DNA from: a virus
Lineage: Duplodnaviria > Caudoviricetes
DNA: 61,626 nucleotides
Strand: one strand, 5' to 3'
IMG/VR virus record: IMGVR_UViG_3300036853_000113
Location: 1 to 61,626 of that record
Shown here: piece after piece, positions 8,861-19,095 of the stretch
Position numbering within the stretch: position 1 is the stretch's first letter
How the letters are laid out: the number at the start of each line of letters is the position of its first letter
Translations under genes and position numbers: made by a program
The notes under the pieces: generated by a model
What the model was told of the DNA's origin: nothing
The model's database searches: none
What the model saw: only the letters and a program-made list of their open reading frames with translations

Positions 8861-11800
8861 CAGTGACCGATCAGGAAGGACTCAGGCGCAGGCCAGCCAC
8901 CCGGTAAGGCAACGGCAGCAATGCCGATGCTGTTGACGTAGATCGCGCCCATGTAGATGAAGCCTTTCAGCCCGAGCTTCGCAGGCGTTGGCTCAGCGAA
9001 CACTTCGAGCGGAATACCGCTGCCTGAGTCGCCATAGAAATTCGGGTCTGCAATCGTCACGTAATACCACTGGTGTGTGGTCCCAGCAGGCGCAGGGATG
9101 GTCAGCGTGCGCGCGTTGTACTGAAGCGTGGTCGCGGCGAAGGCGACCGCTACAGCAGCCAGCTGGATCGTCGTCGAGTTCGGTTGAGTCAGCGCGACGG
9201 CTGGCGTGTTGCTGTAGGTCGTGTAACTCGGAACAGTCGACGTGCCGCCTGCGCCTGTGCCATCAGTCGCGCCTGTGCCGCTGGTCAGCGCGAAGCCCTG
9301 CGCAGAGAGTTCGTCGCTGGTATTCCATTCATAGACTGAAGGATCAGTTTCCTGCACATCAATCTCAGTGCCCAGCAGCGTTACCTCTTCGCCGTCGAGC
9401 TGCTGCTTGTTCAGCGTGAAGCGATGCGCGCTGACTTCCAACAGCTTGCCCGACCAGCCGAGCAGCGCCAGGTTCACCGCGAGGACATCAAGCGCCGTTG
9501 CCTGATAGAGCGCCATGTTGAACCGGAACGTCCCGGTGCCTTGCTGGCGACGCCTGAGCAGTTCTATTTTGCAAAGGCGTTGCGCGCAGGCGACAGAGAT
9601 CGTAAACGGGAGCTGGATGTCGAGCCAGCGCCTGACGCCGCCATCAGCTGCGAGGTTCGCATCGCCGAAAGGGAAGACAGGCGTGCCGCTCTGATAGCCG
9701 TGATCAAAATCCTGCGCATAAGGCGGAATGTCACTCGACTGCCAGTTATTGACCGGGCTGACATAGGTGCCCTTCACGCCGTTGTAGAGGTCACGGATTG
9801 GAAGCTTTGCCTTCCACTGAAACGGCCCTGCCGACATGTTGAGCGCGTCGATAGACAGATTGGCTCCGGCTCTACCCTCGCCCGGTGGATCAGTCGGCTG
9901 TGATGCGCTCGTGAAGTAGACCGCGATTGCCACACCAGAAAGTTTTACGAGTTGCGCTTCTCCGCCACCTTCACCGTAGATTGCTGCTGCAATCGTCGAG
10001 GCTGTTACAGCCTCCGCTGTGTTACCTAGACCAGAGGTGGACCCTAGATCGAGTAGCGGTAGGCAGACGGTAGGTGGAAACACAGGATTGTCTGTGGAGA
10101 GGTTCGGCGTGATGAACCCCGAGATGCCGTCCGGTGTGGTCATGTTGGGGAATTGCCACGCGTTCGCACCCGGACCAACTGCCGCAGTAAAAGCTCCGTC
10201 ACAGGGGCCTGGAGATTCTGCTGTTATCGTCGGCCACAGAGCTTGGATAACTGCATCAGCTGGCAGAACCGGCATCTGAAACCCGCTCCATTCGATGCCG
10301 ATAGTGCCTTGTGGATTGGCAGAAGTTCCGGGGTTGTAGCAGGCGCACGGATCACCCGGCACATAGCGGATGGTTTGAATCGCACCAGTACCGGGGGCGT
10401 TAGGATTTGCGGCTCCAGTCCAGGCCGCAATGACTACAACGCGGCTCGTCGGGTCTGGTGGAGCGGGATAGAGCCGTGTCTCGCATCCTTCATTCAGACC
10501 CGTGTTTACTGACGTTGGATACGCCCACGCTATCCGTTGACCATCGGGAATCGGAACGGGCGCAGGCAACGCGCCCGACGTCCCGTACCACGCAGCAGGC
10601 CAGATGATGTATTCGCCCGCAGAGTATGTCAGACGTCCTGCGCAGCTCGTCAGCATGTTCTGCAAAATCTCGCCGCGCTTCATGTTGAGCTGAAAACTGC
10701 CGTTGAGCGCATAGCGAGGCTCTGCGCCGCCTTGTGCGAGCGCGACCTGTTCGTCGCAGATATTCGCTGCTGCGATCAGTTGAGGAAGCGGGATGTCTGT
10801 TCCGTAGGCTGCGCCGAAACCGTAAACAGGATCGGCGAGGAAGTCAGCAATACAGAGCGCAGCGTTCTCGGTATAGCCAGCGGTCGAACTTCTCGCACCA
10901 CCGCTCGCGGCCTGAAATGAAGTCAGCGCAAGATTGATGTCATAGACTGCATGGCTCATGTCGTCGTGCGCGTCGCAGAAGGCCATGACCTGAACGTGCG
11001 TAATCGTCTGATTGCTCGGGAGCTGAACAGAGTCCCACCCCAGCTCGTGCGTCGGCGAGTTATAAAGCTGAGTCCACGATGCGCCGCTGTCGAACGAGTA
11101 CCAGATGCCTGCGCTTCGCAACGTGACCGGAGCATTGCTCGCAGTGACAGGAATCGCAGAGTAAACATTCAACCACCACGGATGCCCTGCAACAGACGGG
11201 TCAGTGTTCCCCGGCCAGTAACCTGTGAAGCTCCAGATGCAGCCAGCGTACTTGTGTTCGTGGTAGATGTTGACCGTCGCTGCTGTCGCGAGGTTGCTCT
11301 GCACGCCAGCAGCCGCGAGAGGATCGCACGCTGCGTCAGGCGAGCTATAGGGGTGCGTGGTGTCATTGTTCAGCCCCCAGTTCGTCGCCTCGCTTGACCC
11401 CATCTCATAGGGGCCAACGTGCGCGTTATTGCCCCAACCGTTCATGAAGGTCAGAGGCCGCGTGATGACGACATCACTCGCGCCGCTGCTGTCAGTCGCG
11501 CGAGGGTCGAAGATACCAGCCTTTCCGCTGACGTGGAACTTGATCGTCGGTAGACCGTTCGCAAAGATTGAATCAGAGTAATGCAGGCGCAGGAAGACAG
11601 AAGTCTTTCTGAGCAGCAGGCAGGTCGGGCCCCAGGGGTTATTCGCGTTTAACACAGGCGTCCGGCTGAGGTCGCCATCGTAAGGAGTGCCGTTCAGCAT
11701 ACCGGGAAACGTTGCCGTATGCTTTCCGAGCAGCACTTCCATGTGGACTTTCGCGCCATAGTTCGGCCACATCGTTTTCACGACGCCTGAGTTGGTGATG

Positions 11801-12408
11801 CTCGCGACCTGCGCCCCACCGCAGAGATATGTCATCTTCGTGGGGTTCACTAGCGTCATCGGAAACGTGCCGTTGAAGGTGCGATCCGACACGCTCTCAA
11901 CGATGAGAGAATCGCCATCCTGAAGATCAGTCACAGCGTGCGCGAGCTGCATCGTTACGATGTCATTGGTTCTGCTGATGCTGACGATAGAGACCGTCTG
12001 CTGTGTCGGCGGGAAAGAGCAGCCGTTAGCGTCGAGGCGCACGCGCTGCCCGTCGAAGAGAAGGGCGTCGACGCTCGCGCAGGGATGACCAGCGAGCACG
12101 ATGACCATATCGCACCACTGATTCTTGACGCCCCATTCCCCGACATAGACCATTGTGCCGCCTGTCGCAAAGCGGCCATAGCCGATAGTCCAGGGGTCGA
12201 CCGTTCCGCGGTGTGTGGTCGTCGTGCCGGTCAGCGGTCCCTTGCTGAGCAAGGTTCCGATACCAGCAATGACCATGCCGATGCCCGACGCGATGAGCAT
12301 CTCCGTGGCAGGCGTAGCGATGCCGCCTGACATGACCGTGAAGACTATTCCCGCAGCCACCATCGCCGCGCCTGCTGCTAAGTTGACCCACTTCATCAGA
12401 CACGCCAC
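8860..12408 (-). CDS. Tail tip / central host-specificity protein (gpJ-like) with inserted domains
   Basis: GLPTIKFHVSGKAGIFDPR, NAALCIADFL..YGFG, AANICDEQV, LYNGVKGTYVSPVNNWQ, LDIQLPFT..AQRLCKIEL. Confidence 0.8.
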   Translation of the reverse strand: MACLMKWVNLAAGAAMVAAGIVFTVMSGGIATPATEMLIASGIGMVIAGIGTLLSKGPLTGTTTTHRGTVDPWTIGYGRFATGGTMVYVGEWGVKNQWCDMVIVLAGHPCASVDALLFDGQRVRLDANGCSFPPTQQTVSIVSISRTNDIVTMQLAHAVTDLQDGDSLIVESVSDRTFNGTFPMTLVNPTKMTYLCGGAQVASITNSGVVKTMWPNYGAKVHMEVLLGKHTATFPGMLNGTPYDGDLSRTPVLNANNPWGPTCLLLRKTSVFLRLHYSDSIFANGLPTIKFHVSGKAGIFDPRATDSSGASDVVITRPLTFMNGWGNNAHVGPYEMGSSEATNWGLNNDTTHPYSSPDAACDPLAAAGVQSNLATAATVNIYHEHKYAGCIWSFTGYWPGNTDPSVAGHPWWLNVYSAIPVTASNAPVTLRSAGIWYSFDSGASWTQLYNSPTHELGWDSVQLPSNQTITHVQVMAFCDAHDDMSHAVYDINLALTSFQAASGGARSSTAGYTENAALCIADFLADPVYGFGAAYGTDIPLPQLIAAANICDEQVALAQGGAEPRYALNGSFQLNMKRGEILQNMLTSCAGRLTYSAGEYIIWPAAWYGTSGALPAPVPIPDGQRIAWAYPTSVNTGLNEGCETRLYPAPPDPTSRVVVIAAWTGAANPNAPGTGAIQTIRYVPGDPCACYNPGTSANPQGTIGIEWSGFQMPVLPADAVIQALWPTITAESPGPCDGAFTAAVGPGANAWQFPNMTTPDGISGFITPNLSTDNPVFPPTVCLPLLDLGSTSGLGNTAEAVTASTIAAAIYGEGGGEAQLVKLSGVAIAVYFTSASQPTDPPGEGRAGANLSIDALNMSAGPFQWKAKLPIRDLYNGVKGTYVSPVNNWQSSDIPPYAQDFDHGYQSGTPVFPFGDANLAADGGVRRWLDIQLPFTISVACAQRLCKIELLRRRQQGTGTFRFNMALYQATALDVLAVNLALLGWSGKLLEVSAHRFTLNKQQLDGEEVTLLGTEIDVQETDPSVYEWNTSDELSAQGFALTSGTGATDGTGAGGTSTVPSYTTYSNTPAVALTQPNSTTIQLAAVAVAFAATTLQYNARTLTIPAPAGTTHQWYYVTIADPNFYGDSGSGIPLEVFAEPTPAKLGLKGFIYMGAIYVNSIGIAAVALPGGWPAPESFLIGH

Positions 12409-12827
12409 GCGCGCAGAGCGCGATGAAAAGGAAGACGAACGAAGCCGCGATGGTAACAGGTGAGAATCTCGCAGCCATCAAGCGCGATGAGGCCGAGAGA
12501 GTATTCTCGTGACCGCTTCAGGAGAACAACGTCGCCGCGCTGCGCAAACGGGGGTCTGATTTTTAGCATGCCGAAATGTTCTGTAATTTCCTCTGTGACT
12601 TCGAGCAGTGATCCTGTGCCGCTGTTGAGCTGCATCAGCGCCTTCGCTCCTGCGCGGCTGTCATAGCGTTCGCGATAGTTCGCGGCGAGATCGATGTCGG
12701 TCATCTCGCGAATTGCGTCGCAGACGAACAAACCGCAGTCAAAGGTCCCGTAGTGGAAAACGGTCGTCGAGTTGCAGGTCAGATACCACTGAAGACGCTG
12801 CTGCCAATCAGGACGTCGCGCGAGCAT
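12396..12827 (-). CDS. NlpC/P60-like tail assembly protein (DUF6950-like)
   Basis: DWQQRL...FHYGTFDCGLFVCDAIREMTDID...AQRGDVV. Confidence 0.75.
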   Translation of the reverse strand: MLARRPDWQQRLQWYLTCNSTTVFHYGTFDCGLFVCDAIREMTDIDLAANYRERYDSRAGAKALMQLNSGTGSLLEVTEEITEHFGMLKIRPPFAQRGDVVLLKRSREYSLGLIALDGCEILTCYHRGFVRLPFHRALRAWRV

Positions 12828-12830
12828 GAC

Positions 12831-13409
12831 TCACAGGTTGTTAACGCTGGCCGCTGTATGACCCCAGAAAATAGTCACGTCTTGGATCGAGTTAATAAAA
12901 CTCATGCCAGTGTCGCCGGGATAGTCGAGCTGCTGATCCTCGTTCGTGTATCGCCGGTCGACGGCGACGTTCATCTCGACGAGGCGATTTTCGCAGTTGA
13001 TCTGAATCGTCGCTGTCAGCCCGTCGACGTCGAGCGTCGGCTGATCGGTGCGACCTGACCACGCGACGATGGGCGAGTCGATCAGGATGTCGCCATTGAA
13101 GAGGCCGAGATAGACGATGACCGGCAGACCGACCTGACACTCGTCCGTGATGCCGTCGAGCAGCGCAGGGTCGAGGCCGCTCAGCGTCAGCACGACCCCC
13201 TTCGCTTCTACTGTCGTTCCTTCTTCAATCGTCCCGATAGTGCCGAGTGAGCCCATCCCGAGCCACGTCACGCCGTCCCAGACATAGGAGCCGATGCCGC
13301 TCCACATATAGGCTGTTGCGCTGAGGAACTGCACCTTTACAAAGAGTGCAGGCTGAATCGCCGAAGACGTGATTGCGGCAAGCTGTGCAGGCGTGATCGG
13401 GCGCGGCAT
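12831..13409 (-). CDS. Minor tail / baseplate hub protein
   Basis: MWSGIG..WLGMG, LTLSGLD, RRYTNEDQQLDYPGDTG pattern; position between distal tail and NlpC genes. Confidence 0.7.
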   Translation of the reverse strand: MPRPITPAQLAAITSSAIQPALFVKVQFLSATAYMWSGIGSYVWDGVTWLGMGSLGTIGTIEEGTTVEAKGVVLTLSGLDPALLDGITDECQVGLPVIVYLGLFNGDILIDSPIVAWSGRTDQPTLDVDGLTATIQINCENRLVEMNVAVDRRYTNEDQQLDYPGDTGMSFINSIQDVTIFWGHTAASVNNL

Positions 13410-14029
13410 TACGCGAGCGCCTCGCGAATTTCAAATTGCATTCCGTAATATCGCGCTTCAGTTTCCGACCACTTTCGCGCGTTGCTCTTGAGACGAAACA
13501 GCCCCTGCGTGTTCGTCAGGATAAGAGGCGCTCCGTCAACAGGCGACTCCCGCAGGGGGGGCCAGATACTGATTGTCGCGTTCCCCGTAGCGTCTGCATC
13601 GGCTGCAAGCAGTGTCCGATAGAGCCTCTGACCAATCTGAAGCCAATCACCCGGCAGAAGCACGCCGACAGCGTTCGCGGTCCAGCCGCTGGTCGCGAGC
13701 GAGAAACCCTTCTGGCCGTCGCCGCTAACGAGAGGAGAACCTGCGGCACTACCAGCAGGCGCGGTCGCGAGAGGATCGCCCCACATAAAGACATTGAGCT
13801 GACCTCTCAGCCCCATGAGAAATGCAATCCACTGCTGCGCCTGTTTCTGTGTCAGAGGCGGCAGTGAGATAGACGCTTCGAGCCACCCCTGTTGCCAGTC
13901 CTGCGTCTGCTGCTGTGCCGTGAACGGTGACACGCTCACAGCAATGATGTCTGTTGCGGTAAACTCCACCGATTGAGCTGCAGCCGGATTGGTCGGCATA
14001 CTAAGGAGCTGCGCGCTGGGAATCGCCAT
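13409..14029 (-). CDS. Distal tail protein
   Basis: SPFTAQQQTQDW..W.ASISLPPL...WIAFLMGLRG...IWPPLRE; follows tape measure. Confidence 0.7.
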   Translation of the reverse strand: MAIPSAQLLSMPTNPAAAQSVEFTATDIIAVSVSPFTAQQQTQDWQQGWLEASISLPPLTQKQAQQWIAFLMGLRGQLNVFMWGDPLATAPAGSAAGSPLVSGDGQKGFSLATSGWTANAVGVLLPGDWLQIGQRLYRTLLAADADATGNATISIWPPLRESPVDGAPLILTNTQGLFRLKSNARKWSETEARYYGMQFEIREALA

Positions 14030-14034
14030 CGTCT

Positions 14035-17000
14035 TTACCGCCCTCCCGGAACACGTTTCGAGTGTTCCGCGCCTGCGTGCAACGCGCTGCTGACTGCAGA
14101 GCCATGCACTGCGATCAGCGCCTGTCTCGTGCGCTGCTCAGTCAGCACAGGATCAGTGCCGCGCGCGTCGATGGTGTAGTAGGCAGGCGCACCGCCAGAG
14201 CCTGACATCATGCGCTGAGAAGCGGCGTTGCTCGTGATGTTGCCCGACGCGCCTGTCAGAAGCTCAGGCCCCTGCTCGCCGACAAGATACGCGCTGCCAG
14301 GGGAAACGGATCCACCTTCCTTGTGAGGCGTCAGAAATGACCCGAACACTTTCGACAGAATGCCCATGAAGCCGCCGCCGCCTGCGCTCTTGCCACCGCT
14401 GTCACTGCTGCCTGAGTCGCTTCCAAGGCCATCGGATTCGAGTCCTGCAAAGCCGCCCAAGCCTGCGCCGTCGACGAGCTTGACCCAGAAGGGGCTGCTC
14501 TTCGAGCCGTCAGCCTTAGCGGTATCGCCAAGAAGTCCACCCAGTGTTTTACCTAACGCGCCTGTCTTTCCCAACGCAGCGATGCCCTTCTGCATGCCTG
14601 ACTTCAGCGTTGAGTCGAGCATCTGCTTGCCGATGTCTTTGAACATTGCGCCGAAGTCAGCCTTGCCGCCTGTCATCAGTTCCGTCAGGTTGGTCGATAG
14701 TTTCGTGAAGGTCGAGTTAAGCGCGTCGAAGATGATCGACGCTGCGGTCTGCGCCTGCTTTCGCATGTTCAGAAAGAACGCATCGACGCCAGCGCTGAGG
14801 CTGTCCTGCCGCAGCAGACTGTCAACGGTCTGATCAATCATCTTGTTGAAAAGTTCCTGCTGGCGCGCCGCGATTTGCAGCTGCTCACCGTAGCTGATCT
14901 TGCCATTCTTGAGTCTGCTCAACGCAGCGACTGCATTGTCGAGAGCAACACTCTCGCGCTTGTATTGCTCATGAGGCGAGAGCAGCGAGACAGCTTCCTG
15001 CGCGTCGCGCTCGTCCCACTCTGCTTCTGTCATTGCGACGGTTGCATCGCGCGTTTTGATCAGCTCGTCGCGCTGCGGCCCCAGCGCCATCGTCGCAATC
15101 TGGTAATTGATTCCGACCAGCTTCGCCTGAAGCGCTGCCTCCCGCTGCACGTTGATGTCCTCAAGCGTCGCAGATGTAACGAGCTGCTTCGAGGTCAACT
15201 CGCGGCCCATCGCTTCGAGGTTAGCGACAACCGCGACAGTCTCATCAGCCATCGCCTTCGCGTACAAGTCTTTGGCGCGCGCTGCAATCTGATCCGTGGT
15301 CGCACCTTGCTCTGTCAGCTCGTTTTCAGCCTGCGCTTGCGCGTTCTGTTTCGCGATGGCGTCGGTGCCCTGATAGATCGCATTGATCATGCGACCGGCC
15401 TGACTGACGCTGAGCGCCGTCGCGCGAGTCCCAGCTCCGATGAGGTCATTCATCTTCGCCATGTGCGCCTGATCAGAAAGCAGCGCCTCGCCATGCAGCA
15501 GCAGCTGTTTGGTCGATTCACTTACCAGCTTCGCGAAGTCTTTTGTTTGGCTGTGCGTTACTTTCGCGATCTCCTGACCTAGTTTCAGGATTTCGTCGTT
15601 TGCCTTGTTCGTTGCCATCGCCTTGCGCTGCGCTTCCTCGCCCAGCCCTGACGCTTCCAACGTGAGCTTCGAGTCTCTGAGTCGCTCCGCCATATTCGCG
15701 CGCGCCTGCGCGTCTGGATCTTCTGATTCTTTTCCCAGACCAGATGTGTCGGGTGATTCCTTCGCTTTCGGTTTAGGCGCTACAGTCCTGTCATCCCCGG
15801 AAGAAGCAGCCGCAAGCCGCTCGTTCTTTGCTTGATTGAGTGCGTCCACAGCCCACTGAGGCGTGAGCTTGCCCAGCGCGCGGTTGATCCACTCCATCGC
15901 CTTGCTCCACATCTTCGAGAGCGCAGCCTCAATCGCCTGCCCACCGATCAGCGTCATCAGTGAGTTCCAGAGGCTCTTGCATTTATCCACAAGCTTCATG
16001 AACTCGTCGCCGAAAGCGCGCACAACGTTCTTCATGACAATCCATGCGGCGTTCCAGGTATCGCGAATCTGGTACGTCTCGCCCTTCAGCGAGAAGACAG
16101 AGTTGCGGAACTTGTAGAGCACCGCGCCGAGCGCGATGATCGCCATCGCTGCAATCGTCCAGGGGTTGCTGAGCGCAGCCAGCATCAGCGCTTTGCTCGC
16201 GTTCCACGCACCTGAGACGACCATCGACAGGAAGCCGGGAATTGCTTGCAGCGCGCCGCCTAACGAGGCGAACATCGATGCAGGACTCAGCGCCTTGATC
16301 GCAGCGAGCGAGGTGCCGACGCCACCGAAGCCGGTCCTCACGCCGAGCGTAGCTGTCTCCATGAAAGTCAGCTCCTGCGTGGCTCTGCCGAAGGAGCTGC
16401 CCATCGCTGCGATAGACTCACCGAGTTTGGGGATCGTCGCTGCGACGTTTTTCATGCCCGTCATCTTGAGCACGAAGCCACTGATGCCAGCGCCCGCCTT
16501 CGCGAGTCCACCTCCAGCTATCAGGTCAGTGACCAGCGGGAGCGCGATGCGACTGAGCTGCAATGCGATCAGCGCTTCGAGCGCGATCTTCAACTCGTGC
16601 GCGTGCTCGGTGGCAAAGCTGAGAGCGTTACCGACTAAATGGATTGCAGAAGTGACGTTGCCGCCGAAGGATTTCGCGAGGCCCTGCAAGTCGCTGTTAT
16701 TCGCAATCTGTATCAGGCGATTCAGCAGTTCGTCGAGCGCAGGCAGGGTTGCCGCCATCAGCGAGAAACCCATCCCTTCGAAGACTGCCGAGAGGCGGTC
16801 TAGATTGTCGTGCGCACGCGCTGCAACCTCGCCGGTCGACGTCGAGAGCACCAACCCGAAACGGTGCGCTTCCTCGTTGACCTTATCCTGTTCCTCGCCG
16901 TACTGATTCAGCAGCGGCAGCAGCGCTGCCCCGCCCTTGCCGAAGAGCGCCATCGCGAGCGCCGTCTTGGCCGCGCCGTCTCCCAGGGTTGCGAACTTTT

Positions 17001-17463
17001 GCGACACGTCCTGCATGATGACGCCGGAGTCCTTCAGCTTTCCGTTGCTGTCGAGGAAGCTGACGCCAAGCCTGCCGAAGATTCGATCCAACTGGACGTT
17101 GCCGTTCTGCGCCTTGAAAGCGGCCTGACTCAGTTTTTCGAGGCCCTTAGTTATCGACTCCATCGAGACGTTGCTGAGCTTGCCAGCATAGCTGAGTTCA
17201 GAGAGCGTCTCGGTCGTCGTGCCGGCCGCCTGCGCAGCCTTCACCAGCGCGTCCGCGGTGTCGAGTGAACTCTTGATCAGTGCAATCGTCCCGGTCGCAA
17301 TCGCCGCCGCCATTGCGAGCCCTGCTGCCGTGATCTTCTCCAGCGAGCGCGTGATGTCCTTCGCAGTCTTCGCAGACAGCACCGCCATCTTTTCCATCCC
17401 CTGCGAGAAGGAAGCGGTATTCGCTTGCAGGTCGATAGTCAGCGTACCGATGATGACGCTCAT
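14035..17463 (-). CDS. Tail tape measure protein
   Basis: 1142 aa, Ala-rich helical; N-terminal IGTLTIDLQANTASF; C-terminal GGSVSPGSAYLVGEQGPEL. Confidence 0.9.
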   Translation of the reverse strand: MSVIIGTLTIDLQANTASFSQGMEKMAVLSAKTAKDITRSLEKITAAGLAMAAAIATGTIALIKSSLDTADALVKAAQAAGTTTETLSELSYAGKLSNVSMESITKGLEKLSQAAFKAQNGNVQLDRIFGRLGVSFLDSNGKLKDSGVIMQDVSQKFATLGDGAAKTALAMALFGKGGAALLPLLNQYGEEQDKVNEEAHRFGLVLSTSTGEVAARAHDNLDRLSAVFEGMGFSLMAATLPALDELLNRLIQIANNSDLQGLAKSFGGNVTSAIHLVGNALSFATEHAHELKIALEALIALQLSRIALPLVTDLIAGGGLAKAGAGISGFVLKMTGMKNVAATIPKLGESIAAMGSSFGRATQELTFMETATLGVRTGFGGVGTSLAAIKALSPASMFASLGGALQAIPGFLSMVVSGAWNASKALMLAALSNPWTIAAMAIIALGAVLYKFRNSVFSLKGETYQIRDTWNAAWIVMKNVVRAFGDEFMKLVDKCKSLWNSLMTLIGGQAIEAALSKMWSKAMEWINRALGKLTPQWAVDALNQAKNERLAAASSGDDRTVAPKPKAKESPDTSGLGKESEDPDAQARANMAERLRDSKLTLEASGLGEEAQRKAMATNKANDEILKLGQEIAKVTHSQTKDFAKLVSESTKQLLLHGEALLSDQAHMAKMNDLIGAGTRATALSVSQAGRMINAIYQGTDAIAKQNAQAQAENELTEQGATTDQIAARAKDLYAKAMADETVAVVANLEAMGRELTSKQLVTSATLEDINVQREAALQAKLVGINYQIATMALGPQRDELIKTRDATVAMTEAEWDERDAQEAVSLLSPHEQYKRESVALDNAVAALSRLKNGKISYGEQLQIAARQQELFNKMIDQTVDSLLRQDSLSAGVDAFFLNMRKQAQTAASIIFDALNSTFTKLSTNLTELMTGGKADFGAMFKDIGKQMLDSTLKSGMQKGIAALGKTGALGKTLGGLLGDTAKADGSKSSPFWVKLVDGAGLGGFAGLESDGLGSDSGSSDSGGKSAGGGGFMGILSKVFGSFLTPHKEGGSVSPGSAYLVGEQGPELLTGASGNITSNAASQRMMSGSGGAPAYYTIDARGTDPVLTEQRTRQALIAVHGSAVSSALHAGAEHSKRVPGGR

Positions 17464-17812
17464 GCTGCTCCTCTCTTTGGTGGGGTTTTCTTGATGTGCG
17501 CGAAGGCCGCTCTGATGTCTTCGCCGGTCACAGGCTTCAACGGTTGCGGCGGCAACTTGTGAAGCATGAAGACTTCGGGATTGATCGGGTTATCAGGCCG
17601 ACAGAAGCCGTAGTTTGCAGTGGTGGCAGAAATGATGCCGACGAGCAGTTCTTCGCGCTGCAGCTGCTGGAGCTGCCGCTTGCGCAAGGCGTGAAGCATG
17701 CGCGGCGTCATTTCGAGCCACTCATCGTCTGACAGTTTCAGTTCCTGCCGCGCGACTGACCACGCATCGAGCCACGTCAGCGGCGGTCCTACACGACCGC
17801 CTGAGTAGGGTC
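17460..17812 (-). CDS. Tail assembly chaperone C-terminal (gpT-like) segment, probably reached by a -1 frameshift
   Basis: Frame is open upstream of annotated ATG 17711 (...WLDAWSVARQELKLSDDEWLEMTPR), overlapping the gpG end. Confidence 0.55.
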
Positions 17813-18142
17813 CGCGGTGTCATCCTCTGGCGGCATCGACGCCGCCCACGCCTTCAGCAGACCTTCCTGAAGCAGCGCGATGTTCTGCGGCCCGATCAGG
17901 TCGCCGATCTGCTCTAGTGTGTACGTTGCTCCCGCGCGCTTCAAGGCGAGATACAGCAGCGCGCGGATCAGTGTCGCTGACGGGCGCACGATATTCGCCT
18001 CGCCTGTCAGCACGTTCAGCCCCGTCAACGCCTCGCAATCAATCAGCACGTTATGCGTGATGACGATCGGCCAGTTGACGCCATCGAGACGTATCTCCAC
18101 CTTCTCGATGAGCTTGTCTGCGATTGTCTTTTTCCCCGTCAT
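17789..18142 (-). CDS. Tail assembly chaperone (gpG-like)
   Basis: 117 aa between tail tube and tape measure genes. Confidence 0.7.
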   Translation of the reverse strand: MTGKKTIADKLIEKVEIRLDGVNWPIVITHNVLIDCEALTGLNVLTGEANIVRPSATLIRALLYLALKRAGATYTLEQIGDLIGPQNIALLQEGLLKAWAASMPPEDDTADPTQAVV

Positions 18143-18155
18143 CAGACTCTCGCCT

Positions 18156-18605
18156 TTAGACCACAGTCTCTGTCACAGTGCCCGTCAGTTCGATGGTCAT
18201 TGTGAACTCGGTCAGCTTGCTCGGCTCGAAGGGGCCGGTATCATACTTCGACACGAAGCCTTCACCTGAAAGCGTGTAGACCTGCGTGCCCGAGTTGATC
18301 GGCGCGGTGATCTTGAAAGGAAACACGGAGCGACTCTCAGCCATGCCGAGAATGCTGAGCTGCGACGTGTCGCCGATGAAGTTGCCGCTCATCTCGACGG
18401 TGCCCGGTTTGATCAGACCCGGCAACTTTTCTTCAGTCGCGTTCGGGCTTTGAAGGTGCGTCGCGTCAATCGACGGGATGCTGGCGATGCTGGGCTTGAT
18501 GCTTTTCACTTCCGCCATCTGCACGTAATCGAGGGGGCTGACAGCAGGGTTGGCGATGGCGAAGGTTGCTAGATAGCCGATTGAGGCTTTGGTCGATGCA
18601 GTCAT
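18156..18605 (-). CDS. Major tail tube protein
   Basis: IDATHLQSPNATEEKLPGLIKPGTVEMSGNF; ATG 18605 with GGAG RBS. Confidence 0.85.
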   Translation of the reverse strand: MTASTKASIGYLATFAIANPAVSPLDYVQMAEVKSIKPSIASIPSIDATHLQSPNATEEKLPGLIKPGTVEMSGNFIGDTSQLSILGMAESRSVFPFKITAPINSGTQVYTLSGEGFVSKYDTGPFEPSKLTEFTMTIELTGTVTETVV

Positions 18606-18702
18606 GGCGGTCAGTCTCCGTTGAAGGTGGAAGTGCAGAGCAAAATAGAAAAGGCCGCTCAGGATGAGCAGCCTCGGTGAACATTGTCGCGACGCGCCTG
18701 AC

Positions 18703-19095
18703 TTATCCAGACCAGACGAAATACTCAAGCATGCGGCGGAAGCTGCGCGCGTCAGGGTCAAAAATGTCGATGGTGTTCAAGTGAAAGATACCTTGCACGA
18801 ACGTTGCATCAGGGTCTGTGAGCGTTCCCCTGTAACCGTCGAGCACTGCGTCGATAGCGGCTGCGAGCGCGAGCGTGTCGTCAGCCGTCGCACCGTAACA
18901 GTCGACCTGAATGCGGCGCGAGCCTAATGTCTCAGGCCCTGAAAGCAGCGAACCACTGACCTCTGACACGACGAGATAACTCCAGCTCGGAAGAGCCAGG
19001 TCGGATGGTAATTGCGCGAGGAAGCCACCCTCCGCAGCAATCGCTTTCACTGCCGCATTACTCTGAATCAGCTCGACGAAACCCTGCTCAATCAT
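18703..19095 (-). CDS. Tail terminator / completion protein (DUF3168-like)
   Basis: RIQVDCYGATADDTLALAAAIDAVLDGYRG. Confidence 0.8.
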   Translation of the reverse strand: MIEQGFVELIQSNAAVKAIAAEGGFLAQLPSDLALPSWSYLVVSEVSGSLLSGPETLGSRRIQVDCYGATADDTLALAAAIDAVLDGYRGTLTDPDATFVQGIFHLNTIDIFDPDARSFRRMLEYFVWSG

